Source: Candidatus Latescibacterota bacterium (lineage in GTDB: Bacteria > Latescibacterota > UBA2968). From it: a DNA stretch of 64,000 nucleotides. The translations under genes and the position numbers were made by a program. The stretch is from positions 4,064,001-4,128,000 of the forward strand of contig OZ241986.1 of the NCBI GenBank assembly GCA_965204375.1, written 5' to 3'. Shown here piece after piece: positions 49,627 to 59,961 of this stretch; position 1 is the stretch's first letter, and every line of letters starts with the position of its first letter. A model generated the notes under the pieces. The model was not told the DNA's origin. It did not search any database and saw only the letters and a list, made by a program, of their open reading frames with translations.

Positions 49627-52288
49627 ACAAATCTCTATATGCGATACCCTCTCACGCGATCTGCTCAACGAAAAAAAAAGATTCGACACCTGGCCCACCG
49701 AACGCCTGTCGTACCTGCGAACCTATCTCGACACTGCCTGGGAAACGATTTATGCACACCACCAGAGCGGGGCATCGGGCAACGCTGTGGTGGCAGCACT
49801 CACACAGCGCGTCGATACACTCATCCAGGCACTGTATGCCGAAGCGATAGAAGAACACGGTGAGCCAACCGGATTTGCCGTAATCGCGCAAGGGGGATAT
49901 GGCCGAGGTGCGCTCAATCCCCACTCGGATATCGACCTGTTATTTCTCTTTCAAAAAAAAGTCCACGAAGGCGACCCCATAACGCGCGCGATTCTCCACA
50001 CCCTGTGGGATCTGCGATTTGACGTGGGATACGGCACACGCACCCTTTCCGATTGCATCACTGCAGCGCAAGACGATACCGATTCCATGACTGCAATGCT
50101 CGAAACCCGCCATCTCGCGGGCGATCCCTCCCTGAAGACCCAACTGCAAGACGCCCTTGCGCGGCGGTTTTTTGGTCGGCGCGCGCGCGGTTTTGTGGAA
50201 AAAAAATATCAGGAACGCATCCAGCGACACAGCAGATCCAAATTTTCGGTCCAACTCCTCGAACCCAATGTCAAAGAAAGCCCGGGGGGATTGCGAGATA
50301 TTCACACAGCGGGCTGGTTTTTGATGGCGCGCCGCGGCCTTCGCGCGCCCGAGGGTTTGGTAGAAGGCCATGTGCTCACGCGCAGAAATTATCAGAACTA
50401 TATTAAAGCCTTTGATTTCATGCTGCGCACGCGCAGCGAACTGCACTTTCACACGGGCAAACCCTTCGATGTACTCGAGCACGAATTGCAGCCCGCTATT
50501 GCCAAAAATCTGGGCTACAAAGACCGGGACAATGAACTGGGTGTGGAACACTTTATGCGAGACTACTACACCCATGCGCGTGCAATCAAACACCTCAGCG
50601 ACCTGATATGTGAACGCCTCAAAGGCCAATCTTCCACCGGTCGGGCTGTGGGATTGCTCACGCGCCGTCAACTCGATGACGGCACCGTGCTACACCACAC
50701 GCACATTGCCCTGCCCCAAAAGCGACGCCATTTTTTTGACAACACGCCCCATCGCCTCCTCTCCCTTTTCCTCAATTCACAGCGATTCGGCGTTCCCCTC
50801 AATGAAGCCGCCAAACAGGGAATAAAAGACCACATCCACCTCATTGACGACAGCTTCAGGTCTTCTGAGCGCGCCAGTCGCATTTTTCTCGACCTCTTCC
50901 GCGCACCCGTCGGCATTGGCACCACCCTTCGCACCATGCACGAACTCGACGTTTTGGGCACTTACGTACCCGAATTCGGCAGCCTGACCTGTTTGGTACA
51001 ATACAATCGCTATCACATCTACACAGCAGACGAACACACCCTGGTCGCTGTGGAGCGCCTCGACCATCTCGCGCGATCTCCTTCTTTACCCCACGATTTG
51101 CAGCACCTCAGACGCGTGTACAATGAAATCCCGAGAAAAGAGCTGCTCTATCTCGCACTGATGATGCACGACGTGGGAAAATCTGTTCGCGACAAAGATC
51201 ACAGCATTGTCGGCGCAGAAATGACACGGGACTTTCTCAAACGCCTTCAATTGCCCGATGACCAGATAGAAACCGTTGTTTTTCTCGTGCGCCACCACCT
51301 CTCAATGTCTGCCATTGCCCAGCGCCGCGACCTGTCAGATCAGCGCATGATCGTCGAATTTGCCAATACATTTTCACACCCCGATACTTTGCGCATGCTC
51401 TATGTCCTCACTTATGCCGACCTGTCTGCCGTCACACAAACTGCGTGGACCGCCTGGAAAGGTCACCTCTTGCGAGAACTCTACGAAAACACCTTTTATC
51501 TCCTCACCCAAAGCACCCTGCCCGACCGCGAGCAACCCGAACTACAAGACATTCAAAAAATCCTCGCTGCTCTGGAATCGCGCATCCCATATCAGACCCT
51601 TATCGAACACCTCAACAACATGCCCCCGCGCTATCCCGAGCAAAACAGCCCGGAAGAAATTGCACAGCACCTGCAACTCATCGACGCAATGGGATCCTCG
51701 CTGGTCGCCGTTAGCGTACAACCCGGCGAACTCTTTTTGGAAATCACCATCTGTACGCACGACCAATCCTTTCGCCTATCTGAAATTTGTGGTGTACTGG
51801 CAACCCACGACATCAACATCTTCAGCGCCCATGCTTATACGCGCAACGACGGCACAGTCATAGACATCTTCCAGGTCACTTCCGATATGGATGACGACGC
51901 TGCATTACGAGAAAAAATTCAACAAACCCTGACCGATGTCTTTCAAAAAAAAGAGCGCGTATCAGACCTGTTTGCCAGCTACAGTCAAAGGTGGTCCCTG
52001 AGGCGGAAGCCCACCGTTCCCATTTCTCCCAAAATCACATACGACAACAATGTTTCCATGCGCTCCACCGTCATCGATATCACGGCACAAGACGCAACAG
52101 GCCTCCTGTATCGCATCGCGCGCACCTTATCAGACCTTGGCCTCGACATCTACACCGCTCGCATTGGCACACAGGCAGATCGCGCTGTGGATGCCTTTTA
52201 CGTGCGTAAAAATGGCGATAAAATCACAGATACCGCATTGCTCGAACACATCACCCGCGAACTCACGCACGCGATTGAAAATCCTTGA
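49619..52288 (+). CDS. glnD: [protein-PII] uridylyltransferase
   Basis: GGYGRG..SDIDLL, EPNVKESPGGLRD, YH.YT.DEH, HD domain, two ACT domains. Confidence 0.95.
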   Translation: MNKQISICDTLSRDLLNEKKRFDTWPTERLSYLRTYLDTAWETIYAHHQSGASGNAVVAALTQRVDTLIQALYAEAIEEHGEPTGFAVIAQGGYGRGALNPHSDIDLLFLFQKKVHEGDPITRAILHTLWDLRFDVGYGTRTLSDCITAAQDDTDSMTAMLETRHLAGDPSLKTQLQDALARRFFGRRARGFVEKKYQERIQRHSRSKFSVQLLEPNVKESPGGLRDIHTAGWFLMARRGLRAPEGLVEGHVLTRRNYQNYIKAFDFMLRTRSELHFHTGKPFDVLEHELQPAIAKNLGYKDRDNELGVEHFMRDYYTHARAIKHLSDLICERLKGQSSTGRAVGLLTRRQLDDGTVLHHTHIALPQKRRHFFDNTPHRLLSLFLNSQRFGVPLNEAAKQGIKDHIHLIDDSFRSSERASRIFLDLFRAPVGIGTTLRTMHELDVLGTYVPEFGSLTCLVQYNRYHIYTADEHTLVAVERLDHLARSPSLPHDLQHLRRVYNEIPRKELLYLALMMHDVGKSVRDKDHSIVGAEMTRDFLKRLQLPDDQIETVVFLVRHHLSMSAIAQRRDLSDQRMIVEFANTFSHPDTLRMLYVLTYADLSAVTQTAWTAWKGHLLRELYENTFYLLTQSTLPDREQPELQDIQKILAALESRIPYQTLIEHLNNMPPRYPEQNSPEEIAQHLQLIDAMGSSLVAVSVQPGELFLEITICTHDQSFRLSEICGVLATHDINIFSAHAYTRNDGTVIDIFQVTSDMDDDAALREKIQQTLTDVFQKKERVSDLFASYSQRWSLRRKPTVPISPKITYDNNVSMRSTVIDITAQDATGLLYRIARTLSDLGLDIYTARIGTQADRAVDAFYVRKNGDKITDTALLEHITRELTHAIENP

Positions 52289-52502
52289 CAAGCCACATTG
52301 TTTGTTTTAGGTTAACTTCAAAATGCATTCCCTCGCACTAATGCTCCGCATCCTGCCCCACAATCTTCCAAAACATTGTTCTCCGCAGGCTTCGCAGTAA
52401 TCCTAATGATTTCGCATAGCGTCTGTTTTGCGCCCCACATGGCATGGTGTCGTCCGGGCATGTATTTCATCTCCCCTTCCAACCCATCAGGAACCCTCAA
52501 AA
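52285..52502 (+). promoter_or_regulatory. rho promoter and long C-rich leader
   Basis: TTGACA-N17-TAGGTT followed by about 185 nt of pyrimidine-rich UTR. Confidence 0.5.
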
Positions 52503-53786
52503 ATGGCAATCACCGAAGAAAAATTGAACATGTTTGAGTTGCAAGAATGCAGCATACCCGAACTCAACAAACACGCACAAGCACTCAATATACAAGGCTA
52601 TAGCAGCCTGCGAAGACAAGAGCTTATCTTCGCTATTCTCCAGAGCCAAACCGCCAAAAGTGGGCGTATCTTCGCACAGGGTGTTCTCGACATCCTCGAA
52701 GACGGATTTGGCTTCCTCAGATCACCAAAGTACAATTATTTGCCCGGTCCCGACGACATTTATGTGGGCCACTCGCAAATCAAACGCTTCAACCTGCGAA
52801 CTGGAGACACCATATCGGGACATATTCGTCCACCGAGAGGCGACGAAAAATACTTCGCACTCATTCGCGTTGAAGCCGTCAATTTTGAAGATCCTGAAGT
52901 CGCAAAACAAAAAATCCTATTTGACAATCTCACACCACTACACCCGGACGAACGCATCGATCTCGAGTACGACTCCCAGGACATCTCTACTCGCATCATG
53001 AATCTCCTCACCCCAATAGGCAAAGGTCAACGCGGCATGATTGTCGCGCCCCCATTTACGGGCAAAACCATGCTCTTGCAAAAAATTGCCAATGCCATTA
53101 CCCAAAACCATCCCGAAATCACGCTCATTGTCCTCCTCATTGACGAGCGCCCCGAAGAAGTCACAGACATGCTCCGTTCGGTCGAAGGCGAAGTCGTCAG
53201 CTCCACCTTTGACGAACCCCCACCCCGACATGTCCAGGTAGCCGACATGGTCATAGAAAAAGCCAAGCGATTGGTCGAACACCAGCAGGATGTCGTCATC
53301 TTGCTCGACAGCATCACCCGCTTAGCCCGAGCCTATAACACCGTAGCCCCCCACAGTGGGCGCGTTCTCACCGGGGGCCTCGACTCGACGGCCATGCAGT
53401 GGCCCAAGCGATTTTTTGGCGCAGCGCGCAATATCGAAGAAGGGGGTAGCCTGACCATCCTGGCAACGGCCCTCGTCGAAACCGGAAGCCGTATGGATGA
53501 AGTCATCTTCGAAGAATTTAAAGGCACGGGCAACATGGAACTCAAACTGGACCGTCGGCTCTCCAACCGCCGCATCTTTCCCGCCATTGACGTATCCATG
53601 TCCAGCACGCGCAAAGAAGAACTCCTGCTCAAAGAAAAAGAACTCAATCGCGTTTGGGTCTTGCGAAAACTACTCAACCAGATGCAACCTCTGGAAGCGA
53701 TGGAATTCTTCACAGAACGCACCAAAGAAAACAAAACCAACGAAGACTTTCTCAATGCCATGAGCGAACCGGTCCACGCCTTCTAA
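52503..53786 (+). CDS. rho: transcription termination factor Rho
   Basis: [39 protein letters not shown]. Confidence 0.98.
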   Translation: MAITEEKLNMFELQECSIPELNKHAQALNIQGYSSLRRQELIFAILQSQTAKSGRIFAQGVLDILEDGFGFLRSPKYNYLPGPDDIYVGHSQIKRFNLRTGDTISGHIRPPRGDEKYFALIRVEAVNFEDPEVAKQKILFDNLTPLHPDERIDLEYDSQDISTRIMNLLTPIGKGQRGMIVAPPFTGKTMLLQKIANAITQNHPEITLIVLLIDERPEEVTDMLRSVEGEVVSSTFDEPPPRHVQVADMVIEKAKRLVEHQQDVVILLDSITRLARAYNTVAPHSGRVLTGGLDSTAMQWPKRFFGAARNIEEGGSLTILATALVETGSRMDEVIFEEFKGTGNMELKLDRRLSNRRIFPAIDVSMSSTRKEELLLKEKELNRVWVLRKLLNQMQPLEAMEFFTERTKENKTNEDFLNAMSEPVHAF

Positions 53787-53900
53787 GCTCTGCAACTTGA
53801 TTATTTTTGGGCATTTTGGTATATTCTTTGGCCCGCGGAAGTCTCGCAACCTGTTTTACTTTTTCAACATACTGAAATTGAACAACTTGAGGATAATCTC

Positions 53901-54191
53901 ATGAAACCCGATATTCATCCAGAATACCGCGACGTGATCTTTGAAGACGTCAGTGCCAACCCACCATTTCGGGTCAAAACGCGATCGACGCGCACCTCTG
54001 AAGAAACCATCGAATGGGAAGACGGCAACACCTATCCACTGATCAAAATGGAAATCAGTTCGGCTACCCATCCCTTCTTCACGGGCAAGATGATGCTCGT
54101 TGACACCGCCGGTATGGTCGAGCGCTATCGCCGCCGGTATGGTATTGAAAGCGACGAAGAAGAAAACGCAGAAGAAAAAACGGACAGTTAG
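53901..54191 (+). CDS. rpmE2: 50S ribosomal protein L31, type B (Zn-free)
   Basis: [27 protein letters not shown]; no Cys. Confidence 0.9.
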   Translation: MKPDIHPEYRDVIFEDVSANPPFRVKTRSTRTSEETIEWEDGNTYPLIKMEISSATHPFFTGKMMLVDTAGMVERYRRRYGIESDEEENAEEKTDS

Positions 54192-54208
54192 CAACGCAAT
54201 CCACATTC

Positions 54209-54252
54209 AAAAGGGTGAAACGGCCGCATGCCGCGACTGTTTCGCCCTTTTT
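54209..54252 (+). terminator. terminator-like hairpin after L31
   Basis: AAAAGGGTGAAACGG..CTGTTTCGCCCTTTTT. Confidence 0.6.
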
Positions 54253-54281
54253 GTATAGCTATCGGCTTTTAGCTTCCCGCC

Positions 54282-54308
54282 CTTCACACTTCTCACTTCA
54301 CACTTCTA
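54282..54308. repeat. heptamer repeat (CACACTT/CTCACTT) directly before the prfA ATG
   Basis: CACACTT CTCACTT CACACTT CTA AA ATG. Confidence 0.7.
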
Positions 54309-54310
54309 AA

Positions 54311-55378
54311 ATGTTTGAACAACTCAAAACCATTGAAACCCGCTATTTCAAACTCGGCGAAGAAATGGCCAGGCCCGAAGTCGCCTCAAACCCCAACCGC
54401 CTTCGCAAACTCGGCAAAGAATACCGCGACCTCGAAGAAATCGTCACAACTTACCGAAACTACAACAACGTGCGCGAAGAACTGGGCGATATAAATGACA
54501 TCATCAGCACTTCCGATGATGCCGAACTCGTCGATATGGCCCAAATGGAAAAAGAGGACCTCGATCAACGGGAATCGGACCTGTCCAACACGCTCAAAAT
54601 GCTCTTAATCCCCAAAGACCCCAACGACGACAAAGACACCGTCGTCGAAATACGCGCAGGCGCGGGAGGAGAAGAAGCCGCCCTCTTTGCCGCCGACCTC
54701 CACCGCATGTATTCGCGCTATGCAGAACACACCGGGGGACGCTGTGAAATCCTCAGCTCAAACCCCACGGGAATTGGTGGATACAAAGAGATCATATTCT
54801 TAGCCGTTGGCAACGGCATCTACGGCAGATTAAAATACGAAAGCGGCGTACACCGGGTCCAGCGCATACCCGAAACCGAATCCAGCGGTCGCATCCACAC
54901 CTCGACAGCTACCGTAGCCGTTCTTCCCGATGCAGAAGACGTCGATATAGACATCGACCTCAACGACCTCAAAATAGATGTCTTTCGCTCATCAGGTCCC
55001 GGAGGCCAAAGCGTCAACACCACCGACTCGGCCGTGCGCATCACCCACCTGCCATCGGGACTCGTCGTTACGTGTCAGGACGAAAAATCCCAGCACAAAA
55101 ACAGAGCCAAAGCACTCAAAGTCTTGCGCTCGCGCCTGCTGGATCAGGCCATCCGCGAACAACAGGCCAAAACCGCCGCCGACCGCCGCTCACAAATTGG
55201 CAGCGGCGACCGAAGCGCGAAAATTCGCACCTACAATTTCCCACAGGGACGCGTAACCGACCACCGCATCAAACTCACCCTGCACAGACTCGAAGACATT
55301 CTGGACGGCAACATCGCAGAATTCATCGAAGCCCTTCGCCTCTCTGACCAAACGGAAAAACTCAAACAGCAAGAATAA
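54311..55378 (+). CDS. prfA: peptide chain release factor 1
   Basis: PET recognition motif, [11 protein letters not shown]. Confidence 0.97.
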   Translation: MFEQLKTIETRYFKLGEEMARPEVASNPNRLRKLGKEYRDLEEIVTTYRNYNNVREELGDINDIISTSDDAELVDMAQMEKEDLDQRESDLSNTLKMLLIPKDPNDDKDTVVEIRAGAGGEEAALFAADLHRMYSRYAEHTGGRCEILSSNPTGIGGYKEIIFLAVGNGIYGRLKYESGVHRVQRIPETESSGRIHTSTATVAVLPDAEDVDIDIDLNDLKIDVFRSSGPGGQSVNTTDSAVRITHLPSGLVVTCQDEKSQHKNRAKALKVLRSRLLDQAIREQQAKTAADRRSQIGSGDRSAKIRTYNFPQGRVTDHRIKLTLHRLEDILDGNIAEFIEALRLSDQTEKLKQQE

Positions 55379-55398
55379 ATCTTCTAATCCCCACCCCC

Positions 55399-56265
55399 AT
55401 GTCCTCCTCCATTCCCCACCTCCTGACCTGGGCCAGAGACATCCTCATCAAAGCGGGTGTACCCAGTCCACAGGCAGATGCCGAATGGACACTCGCCCAT
55501 GTGCTCGAATGCGCGCGTTCAGAACTGCTTATGCGGGCGCACCAGCCGCTCACACCTGCACAAAACGCGACCTTTCGCAATTTGATACACCGCCGCGCCA
55601 ATCGCATCCCCCTGCAACACCTTTTGGGCAACACCGAATTTTACGGCCTCCCATTTCACACCTCGCCCGATGCCCTGATCCCTCGGCCGGAAACAGAAAC
55701 CCTTGTCGAAGTAGTCCTCAACCAATTAAACACCTGCACAAATCCCCGCATCCTCGACATTGGCACCGGATCGGGAATCATCGCCATCACCCTGGGCAAA
55801 ACACTCACAGGATCGCATGTAATCGCCACAGACATATCGCGCAAAGCACTCCACCTCGCCCGCCAAAACGCCCATCTCAATGGCATTGCCGACCGCATTT
55901 CCTTTCTCCAAACCGACCTCCTCGCACCCTTTGCAACGCCAGAAAGCTTCAATGCCATCCTCTCCAACCCCCCCTATATTCCCAGCAACGCAATCGACGC
56001 GCTACAACCCGAAGTCCGCGACTTTGATCCTCGCCTCGCCCTGGACGGAGGCAGAGACGGCCTCGACTTCTATCGCAAAATCATACCCACAAGCGTCCCC
56101 TTGCTCGCGCGGGGCGGGCTATTGGGTTTGGAAATCGGCCACGACCAGGCTCGCGCCGTCGCCCAACTGCTCAACCGACAAATTGGCCTCACCCACATCA
56201 CGACCCACACCGACCTGAGTGGATATCCCCGCGTTGTGCTTGCACGAGCAACCGCCAATTGCTAA
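55399..56265 (+). CDS. prmC: release factor glutamine methyltransferase
   Basis: LIPRPETE, LDIGTGSG, SNPPY. Confidence 0.95.
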   Translation: MSSSIPHLLTWARDILIKAGVPSPQADAEWTLAHVLECARSELLMRAHQPLTPAQNATFRNLIHRRANRIPLQHLLGNTEFYGLPFHTSPDALIPRPETETLVEVVLNQLNTCTNPRILDIGTGSGIIAITLGKTLTGSHVIATDISRKALHLARQNAHLNGIADRISFLQTDLLAPFATPESFNAILSNPPYIPSNAIDALQPEVRDFDPRLALDGGRDGLDFYRKIIPTSVPLLARGGLLGLEIGHDQARAVAQLLNRQIGLTHITTHTDLSGYPRVVLARATANC

Positions 56266-56355
56266 TCATTGACTTTTACGACCTTTTTTGTTAATTTCTC
56301 ACGCCTTAAACCCATCGTTTTTTATACGTTTGTCTCACCCCTTGATAAACGCGCC

Positions 56356-57324
56356 ATGTTAGACCAAATTTTCGCGCCTATCCAATATCAGATCGCACGC
56401 TTTGAAACCCGTCTCGAAGAAATTATGACGGCCTCTGATGTCGGAGGCATACAAGAAATGGCCTATCACGTTGTTAAAAACAGGGGCAGGCGTTTTCGAC
56501 CTGCTCTTGCATTCTTAACAGCGCAGGCCGTGGGCGAGTGTTCAGACGCGGTAATCGATGCTGCTGTAGGCGTTGAAATTATACAAACGGCATCGCTCAT
56601 TCACGATGACGTAATCGACAACGCAGAAACGCGCCGGGGAGACGACGTCCTGCATCTGCAATGGGGCAACCGCGCAGCCATTTTGATGGGCGATTTTCTC
56701 TTTGCCAAATCAATGCAAGTGCTCGTTGGCCTCAACTCTCTACCGGTCATGAACGCCACGACCCACGCGATTCAGCGCGTCGTTGAAGGAGAAATCCTCG
56801 AGGGCGAAGTATCTTCTGCAGGTGAAGCCGCGCTCTATTTCCGCATGATCAACCAAAAAACGGCATCTCTGCTCGCGCTGGCTTGCGAATTGGGTGCTAT
56901 TTTGGGAAAAGGATCGCCCAACCAGATCGCTCGCATGGCGTCTTTCGGCAGCGAAATAGGCGTCGCCTTCCAGATTACCGACGACGTCCTCGACCTGATG
57001 GGCAGTGCAAATAACATGGGCAAGCCTACGGGAAATGACCTTCGAGAAAAAAAATTGACCTTGCCCTTAATTCGGGCACTGTCAAATTGCAAAAATGGCG
57101 AAGCTGCCCACATTCGCAACAAAGTACTCAATGGTGTAGAAAGCGACAGCGACTGGCGAGAAATCATTCGCTTTGTCCAGCGCTATCGGGGCGTAGAAGC
57201 CGCGCGAGAAGAAGCGCGTTCTTATGCCCAATCCGCCCTCAAAAACCTGAACGCACTACACACCTCCCGCGCGCGCGACGCGCTCGTATTGGCGGTTCAA
57301 CACGTAGTTGAACGCGACCGATAA
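56356..57324 (+). CDS. polyprenyl diphosphate synthase
   Basis: HDDVID..RRG and FQITDDVLD motifs. Confidence 0.9.
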   Translation: MLDQIFAPIQYQIARFETRLEEIMTASDVGGIQEMAYHVVKNRGRRFRPALAFLTAQAVGECSDAVIDAAVGVEIIQTASLIHDDVIDNAETRRGDDVLHLQWGNRAAILMGDFLFAKSMQVLVGLNSLPVMNATTHAIQRVVEGEILEGEVSSAGEAALYFRMINQKTASLLALACELGAILGKGSPNQIARMASFGSEIGVAFQITDDVLDLMGSANNMGKPTGNDLREKKLTLPLIRALSNCKNGEAAHIRNKVLNGVESDSDWREIIRFVQRYRGVEAAREEARSYAQSALKNLNALHTSRARDALVLAVQHVVERDR

Positions 57325-57354
57325 ATCACACTATAAACGGAGTAACCCCCTGCG

Positions 57355-59883
57355 ATGACCCGAGAATACTGGCGTTTGTTAATTATAGGTGCGACCATAG
57401 TGCTCGCACTTTTTTATCTCTATCCCACCTACCAATTTTACTACGCACCTCCAGAAAATTTAGACCAACGAGAGCGCGTAAAACAGCAAGCCATCAACCT
57501 CGGATTAGACTTACAAGGGGGCATCCACCTCGTTCTCGAAGTGGATCAAACCAATCTATCAGAAGATGAAAAAACAGACGTGGTTGCGCGCGCCCTCGAA
57601 ATTATCCGCAATCGCATTGACCAATTTGGCGTCTCTGAACCCATTATTCACCGCGAAGGCGATTGGCGCCTCGTGGTCGAATTGCCGGGTGTGCAAGACA
57701 TCGAACGCGCCAAGGGCCTGATCGGCAAAACCGCGCGCCTCGAATTCAAAATCCTCAAATCCGACGCCGACCGCGTTGGCATAATTGAAAAAATCGACCG
57801 ACACCTTGCCGTACAAGCACCTGTTGACAGCGCGCAAGCCGCAGACCCGCTCCTCGGACAAACAGCCGAAGACACCCCCTCTCTCGCCCGCTATGTGCGC
57901 GCTTATGGGCCGGACCTCGTGGTCATGGAAGACAACATCCTGACCGTGCGGGAACTTCTGAGTCGCCCGGACATACAAAAGCTCCTGCCACCCGACGCGC
58001 AATTCCTGTGGAATTCCAAAGTCGAAGAAATGGGCGATGGTCAACTCTATCGCGCGCTCTATTATCTCAAAACGCGCATAGAAATGACGGGTGAAATCCT
58101 CTCTGATGCCTCTGTCACAACCGGGCAATCCTTTGAAAACGCCGGTCAACCCATTGTCAACTTTACCACCACCAGCCAGGGCGTGCGCCTCTTTGGACGG
58201 GTCACGGGCGCCAATGTGGGCGAACGCATGGCCATCATCCTCGACGATCAGGTCTATTCCGCGCCCACAATCCGCTCCAAAATCAGCCAGGGATCGGGCA
58301 TTATCGAAGGCACTGGCACGGTTGATGAAGCCAAAGACCTCGCCATAGTCCTGCGCGCAGGTGCGCTACCCGCCGACGTCAACATCGTCGAAGACCGCAC
58401 CGTGGGACCATCGCTTGGGCGCGACTCCATAGAACAGGGCAGAAATGCAGCCCTCATTGGCCTCGTCATCGTCATCATCTTCATGGTCATCTACTACGGT
58501 TTTTCGGGCCTTGTCGCAGACCTCGCGCTCGTACTCAACCTCGTCTTTGTCCTGGCCGTACTCGCGGCATTTCAAGGCACGCTCACCCTGCCCGGCATAG
58601 CGGGTATTATCCTGACCATAGGTATGGCAGTAGATGCCAACGTGCTGATCCTCGAACGCATCCGCGAGGAACTGCGCGCGGAAAAAACCCTGCGAGTAGC
58701 CATTGAAAATGGTTATGCGCGCGCCGTACAGACCATTGTAGATGCCAACGTAACCACCATCATCACAGCCATCGTGCTCTACCAATACGGCACCGGTCCC
58801 ATCAAGGGATTTGCACTCACCCTGATGATCGGTATCATCTCCTCGATGTTCACCGCCATCTTTGTCACGCGCACCATTTACGACACCATTGTCTCGCGCC
58901 AGGTCAATCCCCGCCTCAGCATCGGCAGGCTGCGCGTATTTGGCGACACCAGCATCAACTTTCTCGGTGTTCGACGGGGCGCTTTCATCTTATCGGCTGT
59001 TCTCATCCTGTTCGGCCTGGGATCCACCATCACCAAAGGCGGTTATAACCTGGGCATCGACTTTGCCGGCGGCACATTGCTCGAACTGCACTTTGATCCC
59101 CCGGCCACTGTCGGCGACATCCGCCAATCTCTGGGCGACGTCCGCGTTGAGGACCAGAGCATGGACCTGCGCAACAGCGAAATCAAAGAATTCGGCTCGG
59201 TCAACGACATCCTCATTCGCGTTGAAGAAGAAGCCGAAGGCACAGCCATTGCAGATGCCATAAAAACCAGACTCAAATCCGATTTTGCCGGCAATATTCA
59301 AGACGAGACCGAGTGGTTGCGGCGGCAGGAAGCCGTCGGACCCAAAATTGGCGAAGAACTCAAAAACAATGCCGTATATGCCATCCTCGTCGCAATGATA
59401 CTCATTATCATTTACGTGTGGTGGCGCTTCAGACAGATCGAATTTGGGATTGCAGCCGTCATCGCCCTATTCCACGACGTCATGATCACCCTCGGAATCT
59501 TTTCAGTTCTAAATTGGGAGATCTCCCTGGCCATTGTGGCGGCCTTGCTCACCATTGTGGGATACTCCCTCAACGATACAATCGTGGTCTATGACCGCAT
59601 CCGCGAAGACATCAAATTGTATCGCCGAGATACATTTACCACCGTAATCAACCGCGCCATCAACGAGTGTCTCAACCGCACAGTACTCACCTCGGGCACC
59701 ACTATGCTCGTCGTCCTCTCCCTCATCTTCCTGGGCGGAGAAGTAATCCGCGACTTTGCATTCGCCCTGCTCATCGGCGTCATCGTGGGAACCTACTCCT
59801 CGGCATTTGTCGCATCGCCCATCGTGGTCGAATGGCACAACCGCCGGGAGGCAAAAGCGAGACAGGGACGGAGTGCGGCGTAG
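57355..59883 (+). CDS. secDF: fused protein translocase subunit SecDF
   Basis: LGLDLQGG, GMAVDANVLI.ERI, GIDFAGG, GYSLNDTIVVYDRIRE. Confidence 0.96.
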   Translation: MTREYWRLLIIGATIVLALFYLYPTYQFYYAPPENLDQRERVKQQAINLGLDLQGGIHLVLEVDQTNLSEDEKTDVVARALEIIRNRIDQFGVSEPIIHREGDWRLVVELPGVQDIERAKGLIGKTARLEFKILKSDADRVGIIEKIDRHLAVQAPVDSAQAADPLLGQTAEDTPSLARYVRAYGPDLVVMEDNILTVRELLSRPDIQKLLPPDAQFLWNSKVEEMGDGQLYRALYYLKTRIEMTGEILSDASVTTGQSFENAGQPIVNFTTTSQGVRLFGRVTGANVGERMAIILDDQVYSAPTIRSKISQGSGIIEGTGTVDEAKDLAIVLRAGALPADVNIVEDRTVGPSLGRDSIEQGRNAALIGLVIVIIFMVIYYGFSGLVADLALVLNLVFVLAVLAAFQGTLTLPGIAGIILTIGMAVDANVLILERIREELRAEKTLRVAIENGYARAVQTIVDANVTTIITAIVLYQYGTGPIKGFALTLMIGIISSMFTAIFVTRTIYDTIVSRQVNPRLSIGRLRVFGDTSINFLGVRRGAFILSAVLILFGLGSTITKGGYNLGIDFAGGTLLELHFDPPATVGDIRQSLGDVRVEDQSMDLRNSEIKEFGSVNDILIRVEEEAEGTAIADAIKTRLKSDFAGNIQDETEWLRRQEAVGPKIGEELKNNAVYAILVAMILIIIYVWWRFRQIEFGIAAVIALFHDVMITLGIFSVLNWEISLAIVAALLTIVGYSLNDTIVVYDRIREDIKLYRRDTFTTVINRAINECLNRTVLTSGTTMLVVLSLIFLGGEVIRDFAFALLIGVIVGTYSSAFVASPIVVEWHNRREAKARQGRSAA

Positions 59884-59900
59884 GTTGAGCTGAATACAAT

Positions 59901-59943
59901 AAAAAAAGCACCTGATCAGATGAGATTGATCGGGTGCTTTTTT
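59901..59943. terminator. bidirectional terminator
   Basis: AAAAAAAGCACCTGATCA..TGATCGGGTGCTTTTTT. Confidence 0.85.
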
Positions 59944-59961
59944 ATTCGCGTATATCCTTAT

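Noticed and set aside
54311-55378. programmed frameshift in the release factor
   Set aside because: this is RF1 (PET motif) with a continuous frame; the frameshift is an RF2 feature
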